Below are positions 39,721 to 52,578 of a stretch of 64,000 bases of DNA, piece after piece. Every line of letters starts with the position of its first letter. The first letter of the stretch is position 1. A program made the position numbers and the translations under genes. Source of the DNA: Camelus dromedarius (Eukaryota); NCBI RefSeq assembly GCF_036321535.1, contig NC_087436.1, positions 88,972,001-89,036,000 of the forward strand. The letters run 5' to 3'. The notes under the pieces are model-generated. The model was not told the origin of the DNA. It ran no database searches and worked only from the letters and a program-made list of their open reading frames with translations.

Positions 39721-39990
39721 CAGTTTCTCTCTGGGCACACATCACAGCATGATGACCACGAGTCCCGAGATGCAAGAGAAGAACCAAGCACAAATTCAAA
39801 GACTGGAGGCGGGTTACGCTTCTACGCCAGCCATTTGCCTTTGAAGAAAAAAAAAAAAAATCACTTCTCAGACAGCTTCCAAACTCAGCTGCCAGAGCCG
39901 GAGCCCGAGCCGAGCTGACAACGTCCTCCTCCCTCCGTTCCTCCGCCCAAATTCCTGCCTCTCCTCCTCCTCCTCCCTCCGCGGGATGCA
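39721..39990 (-). other. ATP10D: ATP10D non-coding exon 1 (5' boundary approximate)
   Basis: Donor ACTG|GTAAGG at 39721/39720, just downstream (minus strand) of a CpG-rich promoter. TSS inferred. Confidence 0.8.
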
Positions 39991-40100
39991 GAGCAGCCGG
40001 GAGCTTCCGTGAACGGCCAATCGCTCGCCGCCCCACCTTCCGTGACGTCAGCAGCACGGGGGCGGGGCCTGGCCGCCAGGGGGCTTCCAAGCTCCAGCTG
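39990..40100 (-). promoter_or_regulatory. ATP10D CpG-island promoter: CCAAT (40017-40021), ETS core CTTCCG (40037-40042), CRE TGACGTCA (40043-40050), GC box (40059-40068)
   Basis: Motifs read directly from the sequence in a GC/CpG-rich segment adjoining exon 1. Confidence 0.8.
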
Positions 40101-41286
40101 TTGGACAGAGCTTCCTGTCTGCTTAGCAGCCCAAGAGCATTTACCGTTCCACCTGTGACTTTCACGTTACAGTACAGAACGCCTGCGGTTGGGGTTTGCT
40201 TCATTCTTCTTTCGCTGAAATTCTGTGGTTAACAGTTTATCCGTTTACCTAGACTTGAAACTTGGCCAATTATTTCTTGGAGGGTAAAGGGATCAAATCT
40301 AAACAGTTAATGTGTTGTTGTTGTAGACCTAGAAAAAAAAATTGAGAAAAGGACCACAATTCTGATTTGGTCTCTTTTCTCACTCCTTGACCTTCTATTC
40401 CCTCCCTCAGTCAATATAAGTTGGCTTTGTTCATACACCTGCCATGGCCTGTTAACTTAAAACTCAGATTCTTAAAAAATATTTTACTCCTAAGTAAATT
40501 CCAGCCCATCTAGCCTTTCAAAACTTCTGACAGACTAAGTGCTTTGAGAAAGGGAAAGGGCACTCAGAAAGGGCAGAACCAACGGTGGCAGTAATTCAGA
40601 CTAAATAGTCATAATAACTGGCTGCCCGTTGCTTTACCCCATTGAAGCAAAGATAGAGAAGGGACAAAACCCACAACTCTGATTTGTACATCTGTGTTCC
40701 ATTTTCTCAAATGTTTCCTAAATATGTGGCAAGAGAAAGAAAACTAAGTAATCTTATGAATATTTCACTAATAGTGGACAGCCCACCAGGGCATGCTCAT
40801 GAAGCTGGGAGAATCGTAAACTCCCCCAGGCCAGGCTGGAGAGACCAAACAAGTCCCTGCACCCACTAAGTGGGTGCCTCTCCCAGACGAGGAGAAACAA
40901 GTTCTGGGTGTGGCTTCCTGCGATGGCCAATTCTGGAAAACTCCTTCTGCAGACAAGGGCAAACCTCTAGAGTTTAGTCAATTCTGGGAATAAACCCAGC
41001 CTAGCAGAGCAGACTGTCATTTATGTGGTCTCTGAAATTACTGGCCCTAGTTGCCCTTTTTGCAGTCATGTGACTGTCCCTAACATGATATGTAAGATGA
41101 AACAATTTTCCCATCTGATAGCCAACCTTCCTTAAGAGACTTAAAATTTTAGATGGGCCTCCCCTGGTTTCGCAAATTAGCACTGATACTGAAATAAATC
41201 TCAGTGGAGTGCTTTCTTGGGAGGATGCATACCAGGACAATTCAGACAGGGAGCTGGTATTTGCAGACTGTTCAGATTGCTTAAAT

Positions 41287-41457
41287 CAGTGGTTCTAACA
41301 AGCTACACACCAGAGTCAACTGAGGAGCTTGATGCCAAGGCCCCACCCAAGCCAATTAAACCGGAATCTCTGGGAGTGGAGCTCTGGCAATCTCTCTCTC
41401 TCTTTTTTAAAGCTTCCCAGATGATTCAGTTCTGCAGCAAGGATTGAGAATTACTGG
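41287..41457. mobile_element. MER5A-type MITE
   Basis: cagtggttctaa...ccccaccc...gaatctctgggagtgg...ccagatgattc...ttgagaattactg. Confidence 0.8.
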
Positions 41458-41774
41458 CTAACATTTAAATTATTGTCTTAGAGGAAAGTCTACATTATAT
41501 TTAAGTTAAAAAATGCAGTAGCAGAATAACATGAAATATTTTGTAATACAACTTATCCTTATATATTCTTTATATATTTATATATTTTAATACAAATGTA
41601 GAAAATATGATGGTAAGATACACATCAAAATTGTTTACTCAGAGGGAAAGGATGGAAAAGTGAAGGGACATTACTAGCTTTCTATTTGTTTTTGTATCAT
41701 TTGACTGAATGCAAAAAGCATGTGTCCTATTTAAGAGTTAAATATATCTATCAGGTTTTAAAAATTAATACTTA

Positions 41775-42205
41775 TGAGTGAAATAGGTGAGGGAATTTAA
41801 GAGGTCCAAACTTCTAGTTACAAAATAAATGACTCACAGGGATGCAGTGTACAGCATGGGGTATATAGTCAATAATAATGTAATATCTTTGGTGATGAAG
41901 GTGTTGAAAAGGTACAGCCTTCTTCAATTATGAGATAACTGAGTACTAGAGACGTAATGAACAACATGATTAATATAATTAACACTGCTGTATGTTACAT
42001 ATATGAAAGTTGTTAAGAGTTAATCCTAGGAGTTCTCATCATAAGGAAAACTTTTTTTTTCTTGGATTTTATATCTCTGTGAGATAGTGAATGTTCACGA
42101 AACTTACTGAGGTAATCATTTCATGATGTACGTTAAGTCAAATCATTATGCTGTATACAGACTTACACAGTGCTGTATGTCAATTGTATCCCAATAAAAT
42201 TGGAA
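41775..42205 (+). mobile_element. L1 3'UTR fragments (two pieces, L1MA-like)
   Basis: aagaggtccaaacttctagttacaaaataaat...tacagcatggggtatatagtcaataat, followed by a second tail ending caataaaattgga. Confidence 0.7.
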
Positions 42206-45164
42206 GGAAAATTAATACTTGTTTCCTTGCAAATAACCACTATTAAAGTGAGCTTCAGTTTGGCTTTTTTGCAAATGTTCTTCTCGTATCTAACATTTCT
42301 CATAAGGGTTGTTTCCATTTTGTTAAAAAAGAAATCCATAAAATCTTTGATTTAATACACTGGCCACCAAAATGTAAGTATTACATTCTTCTATTGTGGA
42401 CTATTCAGTATAGATTTCAATGAATTAGGAAGGTTCATATTAAATGATTTGGGTGGTGAGGGGGAGGTAAAACCACACTATGATTATAACTGCCCTGTTG
42501 AGAGTAGAAATTCTATATGTTTTAGAAACAATGAGAATACATAAATCATTATTACCAGTTTCAAACTTAGGCCTTGATTTTAAACGTGTGCATTTCTTAA
42601 AAAGAGAAATTACATTTCCTTCCCTTTCTATCAGCTGAATCACTTTCTTCCCTAAGAGAACAAGTTGGCTTTTCATCCTATAAAAACCCTTGCAATGCAG
42701 TGATCACACAGAATATCAGAATCTCCTTAACGGCAGAGATGCAAGCTGATCTCAGAGTTCTAGATATGTCCGTTAACTCCTTCTGGGGCCTACTTGTAAT
42801 GTGATGAAAAACACTGTTAATAGGACAGTAGCATCATTCCTCACATGGATTTATGGCCCTTTAGTTTAAGAAAGATAATTCATCCCTTACTTAGACAAAG
42901 GTAGTAGCCTCCAGAGCTTTGGCCTGAGTGTAGATGTAGTTGAGATAAAGAGGGATACATTTCTCCAGATACTGTCCAGAGAAGGCAGGAGTTTGAGGGC
43001 TTTGGAAAGGTGAGGGGATGGGCAATAACTCTACCTAGAGAGAAGATGGAGTTCAGCCCCTAAGGAATGAGATACAACCTAGGGCCAGATGTGGAAGGTG
43101 GCCAATGACAAGTTTCCTGAGAAGCTGTGGCCAAGTGACTTTAGGAAAGTGATGTCCAGTATCTGCTTTTAAGCTCTTTCTTTTGGTGTGATGCTATATC
43201 CCTTACAAATAAGAGCTCCTAGAAATAAGAGGCTATGGTGTATTTCAAGATAATAATCTCTCAGCCCCTGTGCAGCTGCATGGGACCTGACGGGTCTAAG
43301 AGCTCATCGTGGGACAGGAACCCATGGAGCTGAAGAAGGAGATCTGTGTTCCAGTTTCCCAAAGAGCACAGAGACTGGCCTGAGGGAATGTTTGGTGGGG
43401 CTGGCGAGGGGGATAAGCAAGCACAGCTCCAGCCCTGGTCCCAGTCCCCTTTTTTCACATATCTTGGATCCTTCTCTCCATTTTCAGCTGTGGGGGACCA
43501 TTGTTCCTGCATGTATGTTCTGCAAATTACAGCCTGACATGAGAAAATTGAATTGGATGCAAAATCCATTCACATTATCACAAAGAATTTCAATGTTACA
43601 TCACTCAGTGAGATACTAGTTTGACACATATACAACAGCCAATATTCAACCAGTTTTGACATCCCAAATGACAATTTCCTATGGTTACACTAATTAAAGG
43701 AAGGGCTATCAGAATCCTTAAATATAATCTTGACTCTTGCAAATTCTGATACAACTGTAAAAATAGTTTCTCACCAGTGATAATTATCAAGAATTTGAAG
43801 GACTCACTACATTTATCCAAAATTACATGTAGCTATTTCAAACATAAAACTTCTTATGAAACTGCTCAGACAGAGGCCAGACACATCAATCCATATATTG
43901 TATAATTCCATTTCTACGAAATGCCCAGAAGAGGTAAATTCACAGAAGGTAGCAAAGCACTTGCCAGGGGCTGGGAGGAGAGGAGAATGGTAAGTGACTG
44001 CTAATGGGTACTGGGTTTCTAATGGGGGTAAGGAAAATATTCTGAAATTAGACAGTGATGATGACTGTACAACTCCACTAAAAACACTCAGAAGGGGCAG
44101 TTACCTTAAACAGGTGTATTTAATAGTACCTGAATTATAATCCAATTTCAAAAAACTGTATGAGAGGAAAAGGGTGTTCACCAAAGCAAGGAAGAGATAC
44201 TCAATAGCAATTTTTAAAACTTTTGTAAGAAAACTTTATATAAAGTCAAAAATTTTAATATCTCCTTACCACCTAGAATTTTAAAATTTATCAAAGTTAT
44301 GTTATTTTTTTAGTTCTGTTATATTTTTAAAATGCAATGAAATTTTATACCAAACCCGTATAGATCAATTAGTTTATCTCATTAAACTGTACAAATGTTA
44401 TTATTTTCCATGAATTCCAACAAATGAAAAGTGATGAAAATCTCTGTGCTGTATTATCCTCCAACCTTTAATAAAAGTTTATTGTGCCACCAGCCTCTTT
44501 TAGTAGAGTTTGGGGAAGTAAAAAGGAAGGTCTACACCTGAAGGGAGGTGGCCAGAGAAAATAAGGCACGTATGAGGCAATGTCACCAGCTGGGATTGCA
44601 AATTCCAGGAGCAAAGAAATAAAGGACAAGAGGTGATCAACTTCCCTTTCTCTTGACACTTATAAACAAGAGGGAGCTGTAGCTGTTTTATTTGAATTTT
44701 AAGGAATACAGTGGCCTTAGACGGCAGGAAGAATTTTCAGACTTTTTGTCTGAATTTGTAACTTGGGTTACAAGCCAATTTTACAATCACTAGAAAAAAT
44801 TGGAGCAAAGTGAATAAAGTCTTCAGTTTCAACCCCTCTGTCCCCAGAACATCCTATATCTTGGCTTATTCAGTCACTTTTTAATTTAACAGGTATTAAG
44901 GGAGCACCCAATATGTGGCAGTCTCCATTCCAAGTATAAGAATACAGGGATAAACAAAATAAACAAAAGTCTTACCTTCATTGGGCGGATGGAAAATATT
45001 TAATACTTAGATGGTATGCTATGGAGAAGACAGCAGGGAGAAGATACCTTTCAATTTTGTCAGGGTGTGGGGTCTTTCTAAGACAGTGACATTTAAGCCA
45101 AGATCTAAAGGAGGTACAAGAGCAAGCCATAGGGGTGTCTGAGGACAGAGCATATCAGGCAAAG

Positions 45165-45425
45165 GGGTAAATGGGATGGGAAGGGATAAATTGGGAGTTC
45201 AAAATTGACAAATACTAGCTATATATATATATATATATGTGTATATATAAAATAGGTAAACAAGTTTCTACTGTATAGCACAGGGAACTATACTCAATAT
45301 CATGTAGTAACCTATAATGAAAAAGAATATGAAAACAAATATATGTGTGTATATGTATGACTGAAACATTATGCTGTACCCCAGAAACTGACACAACATT
45401 GTAAACTGACTATACTTCAATTTTT
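45165..45425 (+). mobile_element. L1 3'-end fragment (artiodactyl-type)
   Basis: agggataaattgggagtt...ctactgtatagcacagggaactatactcaatatc...aacattgtaaactgactatacttcaatt. Confidence 0.85.
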
Positions 45426-48079
45426 TAAAAGGGGTTTTAGATAGAAGAAATGTTCTGGAGGTTAAAGGGCTATCATATTTGGGATTTATATGCCGTATTC
45501 ATATAAGCAGCATGGAGATTTTCACAGGTATAGGAGGCTTTGGTCTGATTATGTTGGCCATCTATCTGCCATTTTTCCTGGTCCCACTACCCTTTTCTAC
45601 CACAAGTCCACCTGGTCAGTCCCTCAGCCCTGGGGAGACTCTACCAACCGCCTTCTCCCTTATGTTTCTGGGTCACGTTGCAGGAGAATGTTATGAAAAT
45701 AAGCCAAACGATTCCTCTGAAAACTTAACTCAATGGAATCCACACTCTTGATTAATGATCTTTCTGTTTATCTTTAAATGATTCCTTATCACATTCTGAG
45801 CCAAGCCCTCCTCTTCAAACAAACATTTACTGGGCAGACACCAAGTGCCAGGCACCAGTCTAAACCCAGCCTCACCACCTTCACTCACTACAGGTGATTA
45901 TGCAGCATATGGAGGAGGAGATGAATCCAAGCCACCTTGATGTATGAATCCCACTAATTCCTACATTTCTATGTAAGGGGCCCTCCCTTTAGAGAAACGT
46001 GTCCTATTTCTCTCTGAAGTCAATTACCTCTGGCTGCCAGATCTTGGCATCCATTACTATGTCCCTATAAATCACTACCTTGTTTCACTTCACTGCATTC
46101 TTTCCCTCAGCCTACAGCTATTTAATTTAGAGATGAATGTACATGTTCTTTGTACTAAGAGGGAGGAGGAGAAGGAGGGGCGGGGGAGGGGGAGGAAGAA
46201 AGGAAGTTTATGGAAAGAAGAGAAAAAGGAAAAAAAAAAAACTTTCTCCTGATCTTGCTATGCCTTCAGTTCAAACTATGGTTTTAGCTCTCTCCTTCCC
46301 ACGTTACCAAAATTCACCAGAATGTGCCTTAAACACCTGCTACTCCTTAAGCCCCCATGGTCTGGTTTCTCTTTTCTCCCCTGAAACTTATCCAAGGTCA
46401 CAATTCCAACTGGCAAATGCAAGTGTCTTTTTCCGCGTCTCCCAGGTCACACCTGACTTTGATAACCCCTCCCGATTAATGGGAACTCCTGCCTTGAGGA
46501 GTTGCTGGTCTTCTTTCTTGCTCTTTTCTTAAAAGGAAAAAAAAAAACCTTTTTTTAATTTAAAAGAAAAAATTTTAAGGACTCTTGTCTGGCTTCTCTG
46601 CTTTGTTCTTTGCTTTAAATGTAAGTGGTCTTTCTAAGGACTACCCTGGTTATCTCGTTCATTTACATGGCTTTAGTCTTGGTCTCCAGGCTGGGGACTT
46701 CTAAACGTCTATCTGCCCTCTACTGAGTTCCACATGTACTTTTCCGGTTGTCTGCCAACTACTTCCTCCTGCTGGCAACGTCATCTTGGTACCTCCAATG
46801 CCACGTGCCCTTCTTCCTGCACCTGCTGCTTTCAGTTCTTCCTTTCTCCCCATCAGGCTCGGAGTGTCCACGTCTGGGGTTCAGATGCCGAGGCAGCTCC
46901 AGCCAGCTGGGAAAGCACACTAGAAGCTGATGAACATGAGACTCAGGAGCCTCTCGGGATTTAATCTTCCTAAAATAAATTCCAGGCCGACTTGACTGGC
47001 CTAGCAGAAAACTTAATCCTGTAAGGGCTGGCTGATTCTAAGTAGAGCACAATGTTTTTCATTGAGAATCATCTTCTCCCTTCTCCCTTTAAATACCACC
47101 ACAGGATCTTGAGAACAATTTGTAAAGTGCTGATAGAATAAGTGTTTCAAATGGAGGTATGGATCAGGTGTTATGGGAGTGTGAGAGGCCGGGAATTAAC
47201 TCTTCTCATGGGACAGGGGAACTTGCAGAAGTTTTATATAGGCTGTCATTTGAGTGGGTCTTATGAATAGGAATGTGCTCATGGAGAAATAAAGGAAAGA
47301 CCGCTGGTAAAACACAAAGCACATTAAAAAAGAGGAAAACCACAAAAACATTGGCATATAGAGCACCTTTGAGACTTTTGTTTTAGTTTTTAATGTGACT
47401 AGTGCATAGCAGAGAAGGAGAGAAAGAGAATTAGGAGTCCACTGTGGAGGCTTCCAAGAAGAAGGAGCTTTGTGGTCAGACCTGTGCTATCACAAACTGA
47501 TCTAAAAGTGATGGGTAGGGCAGACGCTGCGGTGTAAGAGAGACGACTTGAAGGCCTGGGACAAGGAACTGGCGGCAGTGTGGAAAGGAAGAGATGCATT
47601 CAAGACGGTTTGCATGGTCAGATCTTCCCTGTTATAAGAAAAATGAGAAGGAGCAGGGCTCCACCTAACAACGAGGTTGCGTGGCCTGCAGGAATGCACT
47701 TGCTCTGCAGTGATGGGGTCAGTTAGAGGGTCCTGAGCTCTTGGGAAGAGTCCCAACCTGGGCAGGCTGACTAATGAAATCTTAGCTGCTGGATTTTTGG
47801 TCTGATAGATGATATATGACTTAAATGGTAATAGAAAGTGACATTATCCATTAATTTAGGTGCTTCGTTAAGCCTAGCACAAGTTTCCATGCTGAATGCA
47901 GTGGCATTCCTGCCATCTACTGGGTGAAATGCTAAATCTTTTCCCTGAGTGATTTTGCTGATCAAGTATCTCCATGATCCAGAAAAATCAAAGCAGAAGG
48001 TCCATAGAATCAGGGAGGGGCACACAGTGGACTTCAAAGGTACCAGGGATGTGCTATTGTTTCTTAAATTCACTGGTGG

Positions 48080-48498
48080 TGTATTAGTCAGGAGTCTCCA
48101 GAGAAATGGAACCGATTCGATGTATACAAACAAATATTGAGCCAAAAAGAGAGATGGAAAGATTTTAGAGTTGGTTCACATATTTGTGGGGCTGTAAATC
48201 CAAAATCTGCAAGGTAGGTGGGCAGGCTGGAAGGGAAGGGTTGATGTTGCAGTTTGAGTCCAAAGGCAGTCGGCTTCCAGAATTCTCTCTCTCTGGGGAG
48301 GCCAGTCTTTACTAAGGCTTTCAACTGATTGAGTGAGGCCCACCCACATTATGGAGGTTAATTTGCTTTCCTCAAAGTAGTCAATTTAAAATTAACCTCA
48401 TCTAAAAAATACCCTGGTAGAAACACCTAGACTAATATTTGACCAAATCTCTGGGTACTGTGGCCCAGCCATGTCAATACACAAAATGAACCATCACA
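48080..48498 (-). mobile_element. Solo LTR, MLT2/ERVL-like, with 5-bp TSD
   Basis: TG...CA termini (tgtattagtc...ccatcaca), with GGTGG duplicated at 48075-48079 and 48499-48503. Confidence 0.9.
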
Positions 48499-49624
48499 GG
48501 TGGGTACATGGGTCTTCCTTTTATTATTGCTTTTAAGCTGTAAATAATGAATTAAAAATGAAAACAAAGTCAGTATCTTCCTTTCTTTTGGATGCTGAGG
48601 CTACAGTTTGGGATACAAGATCCCAAGGTTGGCCAAGACAACTGTGAAAACCCCTGTGAGCAAACAATAATCAAATAGACTTTAAAGAGAAAGATATGCA
48701 AATCCAGGGCCTTGCAGGGTGCAAGGGGATCAAATATGCAAACAAACACTACCAAAACAGACTGGCTAGGCATAGGCAGGCCCTTCCTGTTGTCACGTGC
48801 CGGGTCCTGGCCCACATTTTATCCCCAATAGATTCAGAAGGTTGTTAATAAGCTCCCAGTTGGAAGTTCAGGGCATTGGCTGAAGGGTTGGTTGAGACCT
48901 GAAAAGAAGAATCTAGAAAACATCCTAACAAAGGTCTTTGTGGATTAGGTAGGCAGAATAGAAGGCTGTCTAGACCTTCAAGGGGCTCACCCCCTTGCTG
49001 GGCCTGAAACTGCTTCTGTGGGCACACACTGGCATTGATGAGTACTCTGAAAACGGTTATTGCTTAAGTCCACCCAGGCTATAATGTTTAATGTTCAGAC
49101 TAATTTGGACCATCTGTCATGGAGGAGACACATTTACTGAACCCACAGTGAGTGCAGAGCAAGACAAATATTTGTCTCCTTACCACCAAAATGATGTTTC
49201 TTAAAAATGATGTGTTTATTGTTAAGTCCAATTTTATTTCAAAAGCCCTAGAGAAGTTCATTACTAAAGGAGCCTGGTACTGAATCCTATTACAAAGTCT
49301 GATTTTTTTTTTAATGTTCTTTTCATAAAAGAAGGCACAAATATGTGCAGTGTGCTATGGAGGCCTGCTAGGTCCTGAGCGATCCCTCGCATGGTCTCTC
49401 GATAGGTTATTTTTGCATAAAATCCATTTGCTGTCATTGGCACAGGGCTTTTATAAGAATTCTTAAAAATATTGTGGGTGCGTACATCCCATTAAACCAG
49501 CTTTTTTATAGATGCCAAGACCGAGGGCTTATGTAACCCTTTCATATGCTCTCAAATTACATAGTTTAATTTATGCTAAAATCTCTTTGATTTTTAAAAT
49601 AACCTTTCTTTGCTTAAAAATAGA

Positions 49625-49800
49625 TTAGAACAACAAGGCCCTACTGTATAGCACAGGGAACTGTATTCAATACCTTGTAATGGCCTATAATGAAAAAGAA
49701 TATGAAAAGGAATATACAGACATATAAATTAATCACTGTGCTGTACACCAGAAATTAACACAACAGTGAAAATGGACTATACTTCATTAAAAAAAAAAAG
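49625..49800 (+). mobile_element. L1 3'-end fragment with poly(A)
   Basis: aacaacaaggccctactgtatagcacagggaactgtattcaatacc...tatacttcattaaaaaaaaaaa. Confidence 0.85.
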
Positions 49801-52099
49801 ACTTCATGAAAAGAATAAATTAGAATAAAATGATTTAACAAAAATGAATTTATAAAAGTGTGTTTTGCTGTAAATTCTTAAACCTTACTATCTAGACCAT
49901 ACCCTACAATTACTACCCTGCATTCTCCTTACATTCCAGCCTGCCAAGTGGATGACTGTTTTACCATCAAAAAAGGTCAAGGCATGATTAGCCTTCCTGA
50001 ATTGTGTTCTGATGATGTTGATGTTAGAGTCTGTACTGGGCTGGACCACTGGCGATTTTAACTTCTCAGGGCCTCAGTTTCCTCTCCTGTAAGAGGAAGT
50101 TGAATTAGATGCCTTCTAAGGTTGGCTTGGCCTCTGACACTGTAATTAGCTGACTGAGTTCTTGTTTCCTTTTGTGCTGTTCTATAATTTAGCAACCATG
50201 CCGAGAGAAGGGCTCTCTTAGAAAAACCATTTGCTTGACTCTGGACCTGACGATTTCTCATAATACTCTTTACAGAAAATTCTTCATTCCTGGCATCAAA
50301 TTTTGATTTAAAAATTTACTAAGTTTTGGATATATCCTGACATTGGATTTTATTATCTCCCTTTTTGGTTTGTATGATTCCTTGTAAACAAATTGCTGTG
50401 TTCATCCATTCCTGCCTATGAATGTTCAACCATCTTCCCAGTCCTGCTTACTCCTTTACCAGAATGTCTCTGATCACCTTGATGGTGAGTTTCCCTTCTT
50501 CTGAACTCCTGGCGTGGATCTATCATGTGATCTTTGCTTTTATCTTTGTTTTCTTTTCGTAAATTTAAGTGATCTAAAAAAGTACAAAGATTATAAAACA
50601 AATACACACTATCCAACCATTCAGAATTAATTATAGTTACCATTTTCGATTATGTACTCCAATCTCACTTTTTTTTCAGGTACCACTAAAGTCCCCTTCA
50701 GCATTACTCCAAGTCTAATTTCTAGAAGCTACATGTGTATGTTGTGTAAACTTCCAGATCCTTAAAAAAAATACATACACATACATATATATATATATAT
50801 ATACGCTGCTTTATTTTGTATTCTTACTAGTGTACATGACTCTTGGGTGGTGTGTCAACAAATCTGACATCTTTTTTTAACTGAACATTATATTTAAAAA
50901 ATCTAGACCTATTCTCACTGATGTATTAAATAAGTTCATTTCTTTTAAGAGCATACAGCATTCTGTTATATGATTGTGCCTCATTTAATTTATAATTCCT
51001 CTATTGATGAAATGCTATAGTATGGAGCCCTTTACATTGTGGTAACTGGTTCATTAAAAAACCCCAAAAAAGCAAAAAACAAACAAACAAAAACCCACAC
51101 ACCTCCCTTACTGGATTGTAATTCCTTGAGTTTCAAAAATATTTTAAAAGAATCTATTTTTCCCAGGAAGAAACACAAAAATAGAGTGTTTTTATTAGTT
51201 ATCTAAATTTAGTTTTAACTAAAATGAGATGATACCTTTAAGTGCCAACGAAAAGAACAGTAACTTGGCAGAAAAAAATACACCTGAAGACACAGACTTG
51301 AGTTTGGGTGATGCTGAGTGAAGATGATTAAAGATTAAAAACTGATACACTCAAGCAGAAAAGAGTGTGTATCTGTGGTGGGAGCCATAGGAGGGAGAAG
51401 CAGTGGGATACGAAAAACAAAAACAGAAACAAAACTCCATTTGATTCTGGGATGAAACCAAAAGTCTACCCAACAAGCCGCAGCTCACACTGTCCGAACA
51501 AGTGCCGGGTGAACTTCCCTATGGCTTCCTCTTCCTCTCACACCAAGCTCGGAATAATATATTAAGAGAATATGGGGACAGAAGCGACATTTGCATGGAC
51601 CTCAGCCAGTAGAACAATTAACCAGGTTGAATGACCTTTTCCATTGCATGGACCTCAGCCAGTAGAACAATTAACCAGGTTGAATGAACAATTAACCATC
51701 ACCATTGGTGATGGCAGCTGTGGGCATTTTCCGGCGTAGCTGAAGGCTAAGGTGGTGTGAAACCTGAGAGCTCCTTCGGGAAGGAGAGTGTGACCAAGGG
51801 AGTGTGTCCTTTCTCATTTGCTGGGTATCAACCAGGCTCTGGAGGGGACAACTGCAAAATAATTTATTTCCCCAAATTCCTAAGTCTTTTTCTAGCTTTT
51901 CTTTTTGGTTCTCCCAAGTGTCCAATACCCTCATGCTAAACTTTGCCGCTGAAAGCTCTTTGTTGAGGGGTTTCTTGGGCAGCCTTTCTGGGCTTATTTA
52001 TCACTCTCCGTGTTTCAAAATGATCTATTTATTTGTCTTTCGACCAAGACGGCCTGAAAGTTTCCCAACTTGGCTAAATGTTCAAGAGGCTTCCTCCTG

Positions 52100-52578
52100 A
52101 CTTAAGCCCAGACTTCTGCTTTCAGAGAGCCTTTTCTTTAGAAAATTTGTACTTACAATTACTGTCCCTTCCCTTTGTGATATAAATCATTTTTTGGAAA
52201 AAAAGTCTCCTGCCAGTTTTACAATTTAGGCATATTTTTCTCAAAAGTTTATGAACTGTCTCTGAGATGTAATCATCAAAGAGATAGCAACCCTCTCTCT
52301 CAGTCTCTGTGGAGGAGGGAGCCTCATTTTGGTGGGTGCCTTGCTCAAAGTGGTAAAACTGCCTCTTGTCACAAGAAATACGAGAAAGTTTACTTTCCCT
52401 TTGGGTAAAGCCAGTGAGCAAGTGCAGATGTCCTGTGTTCGCGCTCACACTCTCACACTTAAACATTCTCCTGCCCTTTGTTTCAGTGGAGTTGGGTTCT
52501 GGTCTCCTATTGCGAGAGCCTTGAATAAAGTCTTCCTGGCCTCTTTAACATTGTTTAATGCAATTTTTGCTTTGACAC
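52100..52578 (+). mobile_element. ERV1-type solo LTR (5' boundary uncertain)
   Basis: AATAAA at ~52524 followed by a U5-like segment ending tttgctttgaCA; internal gagatgtaatcatc. Confidence 0.6.

Noticed and set aside
39587..40204. 205-aa minus-strand ORF over the ATP10D promoter
   Set aside because: It runs through the promoter, exon 1 and past the splice donor in GC-rich, stop-poor DNA, and has no recognisable domain.
46137..46532. ORF with poly-Arg/Gly/Lys NLS-like stretch
   Set aside because: It is an artefact of a purine-rich low-complexity tract within L2-like sequence.
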